DNA of 64,000 nt from an uncultured virus (IMG/VR IMGVR_UViG_3300035698_024761) (taxonomy: Duplodnaviria; Heunggongvirae; Uroviricota; Caudoviricetes): the IMG/VR virus record IMGVR_UViG_3300035698_024761. One strand, given 5' to 3'. A model generated the notes under the pieces. The model made no database searches, was not told where the DNA came from, and saw only the letters and a program-made list of their open reading frames with translations. The position numbers and the translations under genes are program-made. Below are positions 1 to 9,906 of this stretch, piece after piece (position 1 is the first letter of the stretch; every line of letters begins with the position of its first letter).

Positions 1-799
1 ACTTTCTTGCGAGCAAGAATGTTCGCCAGCGACCTTTCCTAGGGAGATCCCAAAGAGCCGAGGAAGGCTATTGCCCCATTGCTTAGGTTTGCCGGTAAGC
101 TCGTCGGTAGCAGTTTGAATGCCGCCCTTACCTGCTAGCAACCCCTCTCGCGGTGCTGCTTGAGGGCTACCTGCCCAAGAATTAGGCAGTTGCACGGGTG
201 TTTTGGGGTTCACGAACGCTGCCGCTGCTTGCTGTGCCTGCGGCATGGCGTTAAGGCTGGTGGTCTGCGAACCCTGCGATACCTGCCCCCCGCCCCGTTG
301 TAGTGGATTTTGGGAGTACGGAAGCCCCGATTTTTTGACCAAACTGTTAACAGTCGCCGTAGTCTGGGCTGATGGCGGAAGAGAGGTAAATTCAGCAAGC
401 AGGACACTGCCTGTTTTTTGAGCATCGCAGCAAGCCGCTGCCTGCTTTTTAGGCATTACGGTGGTGTACTGCCTAGTTGGCGCACCCACGGGCAGCCAAT
501 CGATATGCAAATGACCACCCGAGCGAGTTACATCTGCAAACTGATTTGGCAGGCGGCTGCCTAAAAAGTGAGCACTCTTCTTTATGTGCTTGGGCATCCT
601 TGTCCACTCCAGAAGGCCATCCTGGCCAAATTGTGCTTGAGCCACGACACCAATAGGTCTAAAGACATGCAAGGGCTCAGCCACAAACTATGTCATCCAC
701 GCCATCTGCCATTTTCTCCGGTGCTGTAGCATCAGTCAATAGCGATCGCTATGATACTTGAATGACATCCCGCTGACCGTATTGCAATAGGATAGCTAC

Positions 800-1324
800 A
801 TGTTTACTGAACGTGCCCGCAGAGTCGTGAGGATGGCTGGCCAAGAGGCCCAACGATACAACCACGAACGAATCGCTACGCATCATATCCTAATACAGCT
901 ATTCGCGGAGCGTAACGGAATAGCCGCTACCGCACTGCGGAGTGCCGGTATTACTGAACAAGCACTGCGCCTCACTGCTAGCCGCCTACAGCCGTCAGGC
1001 GAGAACATGGTGTTTAACCACCACCTACCACATACGCCCGCCGCCATAGCGATTGTCGACAGTGCAATAAAGAAGGCTGAGGCCCTTCACAACAACGAGG
1101 CCGGTACCGGACATCTACTGCTAGGACTACTAAACGATAAGGATAACAACGCCTATCGCATACTTGCTAGCATGAAGATAGACATCGACCTTATACGGGA
1201 AACTGTCATATCGCTACTGAGAAAAACCAACCCACAAGATCAACGGCAGATCCTATCCGCTCAAATAGAGCAGCATATGGACGCTATCAAGGCATTGATC
1301 ACCCAATACCTTGATACGCGCTAG
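800..1324 (+). CDS. Stand-alone Clp N-terminal (double Clp-N repeat) domain protein
   Basis: FTERARRVVRMAGQEAQRYNHERIATHHILI and LPHTPAAIAIVDSAIKKAEALHNNEAGTGHLLLGLL match the two ClpC N-domain repeats; no AAA+ domain follows. Confidence 0.85.
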   Translation: MFTERARRVVRMAGQEAQRYNHERIATHHILIQLFAERNGIAATALRSAGITEQALRLTASRLQPSGENMVFNHHLPHTPAAIAIVDSAIKKAEALHNNEAGTGHLLLGLLNDKDNNAYRILASMKIDIDLIRETVISLLRKTNPQDQRQILSAQIEQHMDAIKALITQYLDTR

Positions 1325-1340
1325 GCGCCCGCTGATAGCT

Positions 1341-1372
1341 AAAAAAACCCACCCCGAATGGGTAGGTTTTTA
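1341..1372. terminator. Probable bidirectional intrinsic terminator
   Basis: A7 tract, imperfect hairpin ACCCACCC..GGGTAGGT and T tract between convergent genes. Confidence 0.6.
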
Positions 1373-1379
1373 TTGGCAG

Positions 1380-1793
1380 CTATGCCCACTGCACACGCTT
1401 ACCATCAATGCTAGCGATAAGCCGCTCCTTGCGGAGGCCCCACGGCGACATATGTAGCTGTACATGCCGTTCCAAATATGGTCGTACCAGCCCCTCTACG
1501 GCGAGTGCGGCGTACCTTGCCACCATCGCCTCGTGCGGTGTGCCTGCCCGCTCCCATGCGGCAATATGCTCCATCATGTCGCATAGCGTCTCCAGCGTGA
1601 CGCGATCCCGTAACGAATCGAAGCCATGCCTATGACGTGAAAAGATGTCACGTCCTTCGCTAATCTTCAGAAGCTCCTGCACTATCGAGAACAGAGGCCA
1701 CCCGCAATCACACAAGGGCACATCTTTTAAGGACTTTGCATCTTTTTCGACATATCTGCCCACAAAAGGCCGCTCCTTTATGCGATCTCTCAT
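1380..1793 (-). CDS. Hypothetical protein
   Basis: 137-aa ORF with AGGAGA upstream, tightly packed with the next gene. Confidence 0.6.
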   Translation of the reverse strand: MRDRIKERPFVGRYVEKDAKSLKDVPLCDCGWPLFSIVQELLKISEGRDIFSRHRHGFDSLRDRVTLETLCDMMEHIAAWERAGTPHEAMVARYAALAVEGLVRPYLERHVQLHMSPWGLRKERLIASIDGKRVQWA

Positions 1794-1803
1794 CCCAATC
1801 TCC

Positions 1804-2358
1804 TTATGTGATAGGCGGACGTGAGATCACAGCAGGCCACATATCCGGATAATCTACCAGGTTATCCATACCGGCCTCGCCTCTGGGCTTCATCTTTTGG
1901 GCCTGCCACGCCTCAGACTTCGCATCCTGCGTGGGAAAACCCGCGGGAAACCAGCGAGTGAACACTGGCATGTCCACCCTTACACCGTCGATAGCGTAAA
2001 TGTAATGAAGGGTATACCCCCAAAGGGTTGCATCTCCCGGCGACGTCAGCAACGTCCCGACAAGTAACAAGACAGCCGGACTAATCTCGTCCAACATTTC
2101 TTGTATCTCGAGACGCCGGTGCAAGATCATGAACGGGAGACTCACCCTATTCAATTCCGTGAGCTGTTCGGCGATCACATCGGCCTTTCCGACCGATTCA
2201 GCCATTACAAGATGAACGAAAATTTTCGACATCTCCTGATCCATCGGCTCGCATTCGACGCCGACGAGACCATGAAACTTCACGTCCAGGCGCCGCGTCG
2301 GCGGCGAGCATGATAGTAGCATTTCACGAATCTCATCACTAGTTTCGATTGTACTCAT
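1804..2358 (-). CDS. Hypothetical protein
   Basis: 184-aa ORF with GAGGAG RBS. Confidence 0.65.
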   Translation of the reverse strand: MSTIETSDEIREMLLSCSPPTRRLDVKFHGLVGVECEPMDQEMSKIFVHLVMAESVGKADVIAEQLTELNRVSLPFMILHRRLEIQEMLDEISPAVLLLVGTLLTSPGDATLWGYTLHYIYAIDGVRVDMPVFTRWFPAGFPTQDAKSEAWQAQKMKPRGEAGMDNLVDYPDMWPAVISRPPIT

Positions 2359-2560
2359 CCTGTCTCCTCTTTAGGTCTATGCCACGTTAGCAGCTAATAC
2401 ATCGAGCAATGGGTATTGCCCTTCATACTATAATGCCGGATAAACCATACGCTATTTAGCAAGACTGACTGCCAGCTGCTATTAGGATTATGTGGCCACT
2501 GATAGCTAAAAAAACCCGCCCCAAATGAACGGGTATCTTTTCCGGTCAGTCGCAAAGCGA

Positions 2561-3406
2561 CTACACAAACGAACACAGTTCGGCTATGGTCTTCTTCTCC
2601 CACTGCTTATCGCGGCCTCCCTGTACCGCCAGATCGTGAATGTAACCCTCTGCGACCTTTACGGGGGCGTGGTTCAATATCTCCACAATTCCCTTAATGG
2701 CCACATCAGCCTCTTCACGACCCGTTACCGCACTAGGCACCCATCCCATAGAACGTAGGTTGTCGACGAATTCCGTCTCCCAAGCCTTGTCGTTGTTGAG
2801 CTCAACTGCCAGCTTATGAGCAGCCGCCTTGACCGCTACTGCAGACATTTGGTTCAGGATAGATATGAATCCTCGCACTATCTCGTCGGCTTCCTCCCGC
2901 CCTGTCATAACGGACGCAACAGCTACAGCGGCCGCAATCTTCGCCTTATTGACCACACCACTCGCTTCCTTTCGAAGGACCCCGTAAACGGCAGCCTTAG
3001 CCGCCAATTCGCGATGGCACTCAATGATCATCGCACTAAGCTCCTCCTTCGATGGCACGTCGCCATCGTATCGTAGTACCGCGACTCCCGACTGTCCGTT
3101 GCGAGCTGGCTCGAAATCGGAAGCGTAATGAAAACCGTCGGCTATGTCGTGATACTCGCCATCGCTAAGCTCGAGAAGGGCGGCGCGCGCCTCCTCTGAC
3201 AGCACAGCGATCTCGACATCGATCGCGGCGCCCATACTAACGTTACAGCTGTGCTTAATGCGCTGGACGATAACCCACCCTTTCGACCGCGCGAACGCCA
3301 AACTAACACATGTCATAGCAACTCTCCTGCCAGCGAAGTCAGTGAAATACCCGATAGGCGCACTGACACGCCTATCGGGCTCGAGACAATCATCTCGATA
3401 TGGCAC
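2561..3406 (-). CDS. Hypothetical protein with a C-terminal duplicated ~50-aa module
   Basis: VMTGREEADEIVRGFISILN...DKAWE repeated as AVTGREEADVAIKGIVEILN...DKQWE; followed by a terminator-like hairpin near 2508-2543. Confidence 0.6.
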   Translation of the reverse strand: MPYRDDCLEPDRRVSAPIGYFTDFAGRRVAMTCVSLAFARSKGWVIVQRIKHSCNVSMGAAIDVEIAVLSEEARAALLELSDGEYHDIADGFHYASDFEPARNGQSGVAVLRYDGDVPSKEELSAMIIECHRELAAKAAVYGVLRKEASGVVNKAKIAAAVAVASVMTGREEADEIVRGFISILNQMSAVAVKAAAHKLAVELNNDKAWETEFVDNLRSMGWVPSAVTGREEADVAIKGIVEILNHAPVKVAEGYIHDLAVQGGRDKQWEKKTIAELCSFV

Positions 3407-3803
3407 TTATAAGTAAGCGCCTACACTATACATTGCCGCGTTTTTGGCAGTTGTTGAACGCTTTCGAGATATGCCACTAATGGCTAAAAAAAACCCTGCA
3501 TGCAAAGATTACGGCCCAACGCAATAGCAAGAAAACGGGGGCGCGGTAGCGGTTAGAGAGAACCGCCGACCGCGCCCCCTAGCTATACACATGGCACTCT
3601 CCTCGCGCGTTTGCGTCACTGCGTACGGGCCTCATCCGCCTGATCATTGCGGCACCATATCAATGAGATCAAGATAATCACTGATCTCATGGAACGTCGC
3701 GCCTGCCGCTAGAGCGGCTTTGATAGCCGCTAGCATTTCCGCCCCGTTAGACGCCTCGCTTAGCCGCCGCTGTATTAACTCGTCCACGCGGCTACTTTGC
3801 GAC

Positions 3804-4319
3804 CTACTTCGTGGCCCGCTCGACTTGCGCAAGCTTTTCGGCGGCCAATCGTCCATGCCGCTCCCCTATCTTTGAAGAGACTGCCATAATTTTCGGCGCC
3901 ACCTCAATCAGTCTCTCCGAAATTCGCGGATGGTCCTTATTAAACTGCTCTATCGCTAATAGCTCTTCCGCAGTAAAGGTCTCGGCATAGATTCGCGATA
4001 CTTCATCACGAATCTCTGTAAGGCCGCTCGCCAACATACTGTCAATGAAGGCAGTACGCCACCCGGCAGGCAGCTGCAATGTCAAGCTGCTAGGCAATTC
4101 GTCAATCGCCTGCCCCATGGTGAGCGCCATCTGTTTAGGTTCGCAGCCAGCCGCCGCAAGCCGCTCCGCAATGACTTTCGTCTGCGGAGTCGCTGCGGCC
4201 GGGGTGGTCACAACCGCGGTGGGCTCGCCACCAGGCGCCTGCGCCGGGCCGCAGCCCACTGTCGCGAATAGCATTGCGATAGCAGCAATGCAGAAAAGAA
4301 GGAAAGAAAAAGGTCTCAT
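3804..4319 (-). CDS. Putative lipoprotein, DUF2059-like
   Basis: Hydrophobic signal peptide ending ATVG-C; IYAETFTAEELLAIEQF resembles the DUF2059 motif; AGGAG RBS. Confidence 0.55.
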   Translation of the reverse strand: MRPFSFLLFCIAAIAMLFATVGCGPAQAPGGEPTAVVTTPAAATPQTKVIAERLAAAGCEPKQMALTMGQAIDELPSSLTLQLPAGWRTAFIDSMLASGLTEIRDEVSRIYAETFTAEELLAIEQFNKDHPRISERLIEVAPKIMAVSSKIGERHGRLAAEKLAQVERATK

Positions 4320-4573
4320 AGCGCGTCTCCTGTATCGCCTGGGGAAAGGTTAATAGAATGTCGGAACCCAGGTCATTCCAGCACCCTTAACGCCACCGTC
4401 ATCTTATAATGCCCGATTGCACTCGATTGTTTAGCAGGCGCATAAAAAGCCCCCCTCAAGCATACATACCTAAGGAGGGCCGACCCAAACGAGGAGTAAT
4501 TCGTTATGCCTTAATTTTCTTGCGGGCAAAAGAGTTGAACAGGCTTCACTATACCAATGGCATGCAGCGAACG

Positions 4574-5149
4574 CTAGTCTTCACGAGTTCGAAAGGGACA
4601 TATGCTTGCAAAAGCACAATTCTCGCATTTCTGCTCGTCAGTATCGCCTGCCGGACAGCCAGCACCGTTACCCGGCAATAACGACGATCGCGCAACTACA
4701 GTACAGGCAGCCTCGGTTAGCAGTTTCTGTACCGCGACTACATAGTCACTACTTAGCTCCGACAGCTCAAAATGCCGCAAATCGAGCGTGATAATCGACG
4801 ACGACGGTTGAATGGATGGCATAGCCATATTGAATGGCCCTATCCGCTGAAACTCTAATCCGTGAGCTTCCTGGGCCCGTAGCGGATGAATCCGTTTCAG
4901 CAACGCATACGGCAACGAGACGCCTAATACCAAGAACATATGGCCATTAAACGATTCGTCTTCCCGCTCTATCGTCTCCGTAGCCGCACCGAACTGATTT
5001 GCTTGCGAAGGCATCTGCAACATGCGACCCGTAAGTACGGATACATATTTGCCGGCGATGATAGCATCTACCGGCATACCGCGAACTACACCCATTTTCA
5101 TGATGATCTCCCTGATCGAGTACATCGTGAAGTATACCCGAGCAGCCAC
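4574..5149 (-). CDS. Hypothetical protein
   Basis: 191-aa ORF in a co-directional gene string; start uncertain. Confidence 0.5.
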   Translation of the reverse strand: MAARVYFTMYSIREIIMKMGVVRGMPVDAIIAGKYVSVLTGRMLQMPSQANQFGAATETIEREDESFNGHMFLVLGVSLPYALLKRIHPLRAQEAHGLEFQRIGPFNMAMPSIQPSSSIITLDLRHFELSELSSDYVVAVQKLLTEAACTVVARSSLLPGNGAGCPAGDTDEQKCENCAFASICPFRTRED

Positions 5150-5185
5150 AAATGGCGTAGATCGATCGGAAAGATGATTAGACGG

Positions 5186-5947
5186 CTACGGAAGCTGCAC
5201 CTTCGCGTCGCTGCGTAGTTGCTGGTCTTCGGTCGATTGTAGGTTTTTGGCAGTCTCGCTCTCGGATAATTCCATAACCCATAGCTGCGTTAATTGCTCC
5301 AACTTAGCAAACTCGTCACCCAACAGTACTCGGCACACCTCCAACATGTTGTCGAATAAGGTGTCGCTGGGGCTGTATGCGGAACCAGACGGAAATTTAT
5401 GCCACTTACCGGTAGTGGCCAAGTACATATTGCCTCGCACGACGCCATACCGAGCACGCTCGCAATCCACGGACTTGATGACGCGAATCGTGATGTCCTG
5501 CCCTCTAGGCGGCAAAGACCCAACCGCATAGTCCGCTAGCATGCTTACCGTCGGCACATCGCCATAGGCTTGCCTAAGCAAAGCAACCGGCGCCTCGTCG
5601 AGGAAACGTGCCGCTGTCAAATGCATCGTTTCGGGCGCTCCGACGTAGATCTTGGAGACGTGCTGGCGAGGCTCCTCTTCATAGGCTGAGAAGACATTCA
5701 GCACCATCTGAAAGCCGCGAGAATGCCGGTCGACCACATTAACTCGCAATACTCCTGGAATTCGTGAAGCTTCCGCGGCTTTGGACGTCACCTCTTGCTC
5801 CGTAGCCCAGGCATATATCTTATTGCCCGCGCCTAGCTCACCCCGTACAGTAGTCGCCTCATCGAAAATTAACTGGATCTCAAAGCGTTGAGCGCGATCA
5901 CGCTTGCTCATCCACGCCCAGGCGCGGGTCCACAGACTGTGTAACAT
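5186..5947 (-). CDS. Hypothetical protein
   Basis: 253-aa ORF overlapping the upstream gene end. Confidence 0.6.
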   Translation of the reverse strand: MLHSLWTRAWAWMSKRDRAQRFEIQLIFDEATTVRGELGAGNKIYAWATEQEVTSKAAEASRIPGVLRVNVVDRHSRGFQMVLNVFSAYEEEPRQHVSKIYVGAPETMHLTAARFLDEAPVALLRQAYGDVPTVSMLADYAVGSLPPRGQDITIRVIKSVDCERARYGVVRGNMYLATTGKWHKFPSGSAYSPSDTLFDNMLEVCRVLLGDEFAKLEQLTQLWVMELSESETAKNLQSTEDQQLRSDAKVQLP

Positions 5948-6635
5948 CGGTCTTCTCCATCGGTTCTACGAACATTATGCCGGGATGCTTAGGCGCTGAC
6001 TTCTCGTTATATGAGACACTATAGCCGCCCTCTCCGTAGATAGCAATCAGCCTGGATTCTATGGCCGCCAGCTCGATATCCACGGACTTGCCATTGCGAT
6101 ACCAGGTATCGTAATGCAGATCGTCCCTGCCGGGTACTTTGGCGTCGTGAATAATGATCACTGCGTCCGATTGTTTATTGGCTACCAATACGTCGAGTTC
6201 GTCGAATAGCGGCCAATTTTGTCCCCAATGGGCGTCTAGCAGAAATATCGCCGGATGCTGTAACCTGGGCACAATATTGCGAAGCACGTAAGGCGAACTG
6301 CCGCAGTAAAGGGCGATGTCATGCTCCCAGAACTTCGCAGTAGCCCTTCCGGCCCATATGGGATTGATTTCGATAGTGTGTGTAGGTAGATGATGCGAAA
6401 ACCATACGGCAGTAGCGCCTGCATATGTGCCTGTCTCCACCGCGCAACGACAGCCGTGCTTAGCAATGATCGCCACTACGTATGGCCCGATTTCCGGATC
6501 GCTTGCCCAAGGTGCCCTCAACGGACTATCGTTTCGCTGTGCGTTTTCACCACGAGCCATGGCTAACTCCAATCTAAACAACACCAAGGGACAATAAAGT
6601 TCGCGTATCTTATCATTGCGGGACAGCCAGAACAT
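5898..6635 (-). CDS. Class I SAM-dependent methyltransferase-like protein
   Basis: VETGTYAGAT (motif I-like), IFLLDAHW and IIIHD; true start probably near MARGEN. Confidence 0.6.
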   Translation of the reverse strand: MFWLSRNDKIRELYCPLVLFRLELAMARGENAQRNDSPLRAPWASDPEIGPYVVAIIAKHGCRCAVETGTYAGATAVWFSHHLPTHTIEINPIWAGRATAKFWEHDIALYCGSSPYVLRNIVPRLQHPAIFLLDAHWGQNWPLFDELDVLVANKQSDAVIIIHDAKVPGRDDLHYDTWYRNGKSVDIELAAIESRLIAIYGEGGYSVSYNEKSAPKHPGIMFVEPMEKTDVTQSVDPRLGVDEQA

Positions 6636-7341
6636 GTGCTATCCATGTATCATACTCATGGCCGTAATCGAAATCATCGGTCATATCGTTGATTTCAGTC
6701 CAGTCATCCGTAGGCGTTCTATCTTCCCAGCCCATTCCATGCATACGATTGTAACACTCCCACGCATTGCCTCTGAGCGGCGCTATCCGTTGCCACCGTT
6801 TCGACTGCAATCGGCGTATTAGCACGAGTGATTTGCGAAGTCGCTTGGCAGCTCTTCGCAGCAACGAACTGGCTGCAATAGTAAAGGTTAGCCCGAAAAT
6901 TTCACCGTATGGATGCCGAGTAAGCGAATTAGGTCCTGCACGACCAAACCACTGTATGTATGGCTCCTCGCAATTGATAATCGCGTCCATCGCCTTCTCG
7001 GAGAATACCACATCTCCAAACAGCAGCGTTGTGCGTTCGGTATGTGACCATACGTGCCGCGAGGACAGAATCTTATCAATATTCATTGTAAGCGATGGTT
7101 GCACCGGAGAGATCAACGTAGCAGGCGGCCGTGCGAGTATTTCATCGCTGCTAATGATAACGATCTCGGACACATCACGATCGCACAGCTGCCGTACCGT
7201 TCGATGCAGAAGCGGCTCTTCAAATATCGGTACCAAATGCTTACGCGAATGGACAGGATGTTGCCATCGCGCCTGATTTCCGCCGCATGCAAGAATGACG
7301 GTCATGGCTTCCAAATTTTTCCATCGAATAGATTGGTGCAA
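6613..7341 (-). CDS. Sugar-nucleotidyltransferase (NTP transferase) family protein
   Basis: VILACGGNQARW...KHLVPIFEEPLLHRTVRQL and LLFGDVVF. Confidence 0.75.
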   Translation of the reverse strand: MHQSIRWKNLEAMTVILACGGNQARWQHPVHSRKHLVPIFEEPLLHRTVRQLCDRDVSEIVIISSDEILARPPATLISPVQPSLTMNIDKILSSRHVWSHTERTTLLFGDVVFSEKAMDAIINCEEPYIQWFGRAGPNSLTRHPYGEIFGLTFTIAASSLLRRAAKRLRKSLVLIRRLQSKRWQRIAPLRGNAWECYNRMHGMGWEDRTPTDDWTEINDMTDDFDYGHEYDTWIAHVLAVPQ

Positions 7342-7805
7342 TCACCAACTTTCCCGTTGACGCGAATGTACTCCACACCGGCATTCTCGATGTAGGCCAC
7401 GGCTTGCTCAATCTCACCGCGCCATCGCTCTGGCGTACGGTCGTGCATTTGCTTATGCACGGTTAATCGCGTGATACCGGCTGAAACAATGGCGCGAGCG
7501 CATCGCATGCACGGTGCCCATACGCACCACAGCAACGAGCCGTTCAACGGAATCATCGTCGTCCTGGCCGCTTTCCAGATCGCGTCCTCTTCGGCGTGGA
7601 TGATATTCGCGTACTTATCATCGCGCAACTCGTCCTTGCGTAGCATCTGTGACGGATAGCGATTAGCGCCCATAGCTAAAATGTCGGTGTTCTTAACAAG
7701 CATGGACCCGTTCTGCGTACGATCATCCGCACTGCAAGTAGCGGCATAACGATAGCATGAACGAAAAGTCTCACGTGAAAGCGCGTTTATTTCGACAATT
7801 TGCAC
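7302..7805 (-). CDS. dCMP deaminase family protein
   Basis: Zn-dependent deaminase motifs HAEEDAI and PCMRC. Confidence 0.85.
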   Translation of the reverse strand: MQIVEINALSRETFRSCYRYAATCSADDRTQNGSMLVKNTDILAMGANRYPSQMLRKDELRDDKYANIIHAEEDAIWKAARTTMIPLNGSLLWCVWAPCMRCARAIVSAGITRLTVHKQMHDRTPERWRGEIEQAVAYIENAGVEYIRVNGKVGDCTNLFDGKIWKP

Positions 7806-8224
7806 TACATGTTCCCCTGCGTGACGGGCTGCACAGCCGACGCTATCGTTCCGCTTTTGCCCAGCCCTGTGGTTACCGGTTGAGCGTGCGCAGGCTGCAT
7901 GGCCCCCGTGGCCACTTCCTCGGTCGCCTGTGGCACTAGAGACACCTGAAAGCCGCCAGCCAGTTCCATGCCAAAGCCCTGCGACAGCATAATATGGCTA
8001 TGCGGCGGATGCTCGAGCAGGAATTGATGGGCAAAGGCTAAGAAGTCGTTAATGGCGTCGGCAGCTGCTTTTTGCTCGGCGCCCGTCTCGAATTGTGCGA
8101 AAAGCTGATCGAGCTTAGACAGCGTCGCTGCTTCACCTGCCTCGCCCATAGGCTTTGCTCGATACTGCTCTAACATAAACTCAAAGAAATCGGGCACAGA
8201 CTGCCCTGTTAAATCCGAAGGCAT
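7805..8224 (-). CDS. Hypothetical protein
   Basis: 139-aa ORF, AAGGAG RBS, coupled to the deaminase start. Confidence 0.6.
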   Translation of the reverse strand: MPSDLTGQSVPDFFEFMLEQYRAKPMGEAGEAATLSKLDQLFAQFETGAEQKAAADAINDFLAFAHQFLLEHPPHSHIMLSQGFGMELAGGFQVSLVPQATEEVATGAMQPAHAQPVTTGLGKSGTIASAVQPVTQGNM

Positions 8225-8266
8225 CGCTTACTCCTTTACTGCAAAATGGATACGACTCGCACGGTA

Positions 8267-8950
8267 TCAGCTATCGGACTGTGTTTCATTTTCAGCAGGC
8301 GTAGCTGTATCCGATTCTACATTCGCCTGCCGTGGTTGCACGTGTTCGGCTGTTCTGTCTAACCACTCCTGTTTCTGCGTATCATCAATAGGGGGGCCAG
8401 CATCCGATTTTGCGTCTGCTCGACATTGCTGCTCATACTCGGCTAGCGTGGCTAGCCACTGCTGCTTTTGCAGCTCGTCATAGTTGTATTGGTTTCTACG
8501 GGTAATCAAATGGCCCAGTTTAGTAGCCGCGTAGGCGAAATGCTCATTGCCACCAATGTCATGTATGCCTTGCACGACCATATCGGTTGTGGCTTTATTG
8601 TCGCCTTCCATGAATACTAGCAGCTGCGCCGGATTTGAAACGAATCCCCATTGCTTAAGGAAGTCATCGGCAGCCTTCTGCTGCTCGTCATTATATTGCG
8701 CGGCCATATTCTTGTAGATCGATCCGCGTGGCTGTATAGGCGACTGCGTAGGCCGACCGCAGCACTTTTTGTACTTCTGCCCGCTGCCGCACGGACATGG
8801 GGAGTTACGGCCTACGCGAGGCGCCGCGCGAATAGGCGCAGCTGATTTAAGCTGCGATTTTCTGCCAACTGTCTTCAATTTCATATCGCAACGCTTAGCT
8901 GGCTGAGAGGCTGCGCGACTACGGCGAGTCCTCCTGTTACAGTTCGTCAT
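8267..8950 (-). CDS. SEC-C motif protein
   Basis: [20 protein letters not shown]; start probably MKLKTV. Confidence 0.75.
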   Translation of the reverse strand: MTNCNRRTRRSRAASQPAKRCDMKLKTVGRKSQLKSAAPIRAAPRVGRNSPCPCGSGQKYKKCCGRPTQSPIQPRGSIYKNMAAQYNDEQQKAADDFLKQWGFVSNPAQLLVFMEGDNKATTDMVVQGIHDIGGNEHFAYAATKLGHLITRRNQYNYDELQKQQWLATLAEYEQQCRADAKSDAGPPIDDTQKQEWLDRTAEHVQPRQANVESDTATPAENETQSDS

Positions 8951-8951
8951 G

Positions 8952-9485
8952 CTATTCCTTATTGTCTTCTTCTTCGTCGAGGTCGACGACGATGTCAGAG
9001 GTTGGCGTTGGAGTTGTCGTAAGCATATCCTCGAACGCGTTGCCAGTCAACTCTGGCGTATCGGCGTCCGTCGGTTCGACCGCGTCGGAATCCGTCAATG
9101 TAATCGAGGCGAGATCCGACGCTCGTGGCGAACACGCCATCACGCCCAACTGCGCGGCATCCGCCGGTGTGATCGGAGCGAGATCCGACGCTGGCGGCGG
9201 TTGCGGCGGAGCTATTGCTTCCGCTGGCGGCGATACCTGCCGCAACGGCACTGCCTTTCTCGAGCGTGGCGCTTTAGCGCGCAGCGGCGGACGTACCCTC
9301 AAGCCCAACTGCGAGGCCAGACTGGTACCGGGACTTTCGGGCGTACGGAGTTTCGGTTTGTCCCGCTGCGGCGGCGCCGGAAGCCCGGAACCCTTAGGGG
9401 ACTGCTGTACCTGACCGGCCTTCAGTCGCTGCCTGTACGATTTACGATGGCTAATCTGATTTATGATACGCGAACGTATAATCAT
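8952..9485 (-). CDS. Hypothetical low-complexity protein (basic N-terminus, acidic C-terminus)
   Basis: ORF 8952..9551 trimmed to the ATG at 9485, downstream of the terminator hairpin. Confidence 0.45.
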   Translation of the reverse strand: MIIRSRIINQISHRKSYRQRLKAGQVQQSPKGSGLPAPPQRDKPKLRTPESPGTSLASQLGLRVRPPLRAKAPRSRKAVPLRQVSPPAEAIAPPQPPPASDLAPITPADAAQLGVMACSPRASDLASITLTDSDAVEPTDADTPELTGNAFEDMLTTTPTPTSDIVVDLDEEEDNKE

Positions 9486-9506
9486 TGTTTTGCTCCTTAC
9501 TACGTG

Positions 9507-9542
9507 AAAAAAAGGGGCAGCCGGACCCCGGCCAGCTGCCCC
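9507..9542 (-). terminator. Intrinsic terminator
   Basis: GGGGCAGC...GCTGCCCC stem followed by T7 on the minus strand. Confidence 0.6.
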
Positions 9543-9571
9543 AGCGTCCACAACACCTCACCACGGCTAAC

Positions 9572-9892
9572 TCACTCAAGGCGTCTATGGCCTATGCCGC
9601 GATGGCGCAGAACGCCCCATCTCCGGTTTTTACCGTACCAGATTCCTTGCCGACCTTGCGCGTAGTACCGTTGAAGCTGTCGAAGCTGGCGATCATATTT
9701 CATAACAATATGCGCCGCAAGCGGCGCCCGCTGACAGGGCGGCCACAATACGACACCCCCCACGGTCGCCTCGAATTGGAGGTTTGGAAATGTCGTCTGT
9801 ATTCGTACTTCTTGTGCACACACAACGGTCGCCATGCTCACAATGAAGAGCAGCCCGACCAATAGTAGAATGCAGGTCTTCAAACGTCTCAT
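9572..9892 (-). CDS. Small secreted/membrane hypothetical protein
   Basis: AGGAGG RBS before MRRLKTCILLLVGLLFIVSMATVVCA, a signal-like sequence. Confidence 0.5.
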   Translation of the reverse strand: MRRLKTCILLLVGLLFIVSMATVVCAQEVRIQTTFPNLQFEATVGGVVLWPPCQRAPLAAHIVMKYDRQLRQLQRYYAQGRQGIWYGKNRRWGVLRHRGIGHRRLE

Positions 9893-9906
9893 CGTTTCCT
9901 CCTTGG

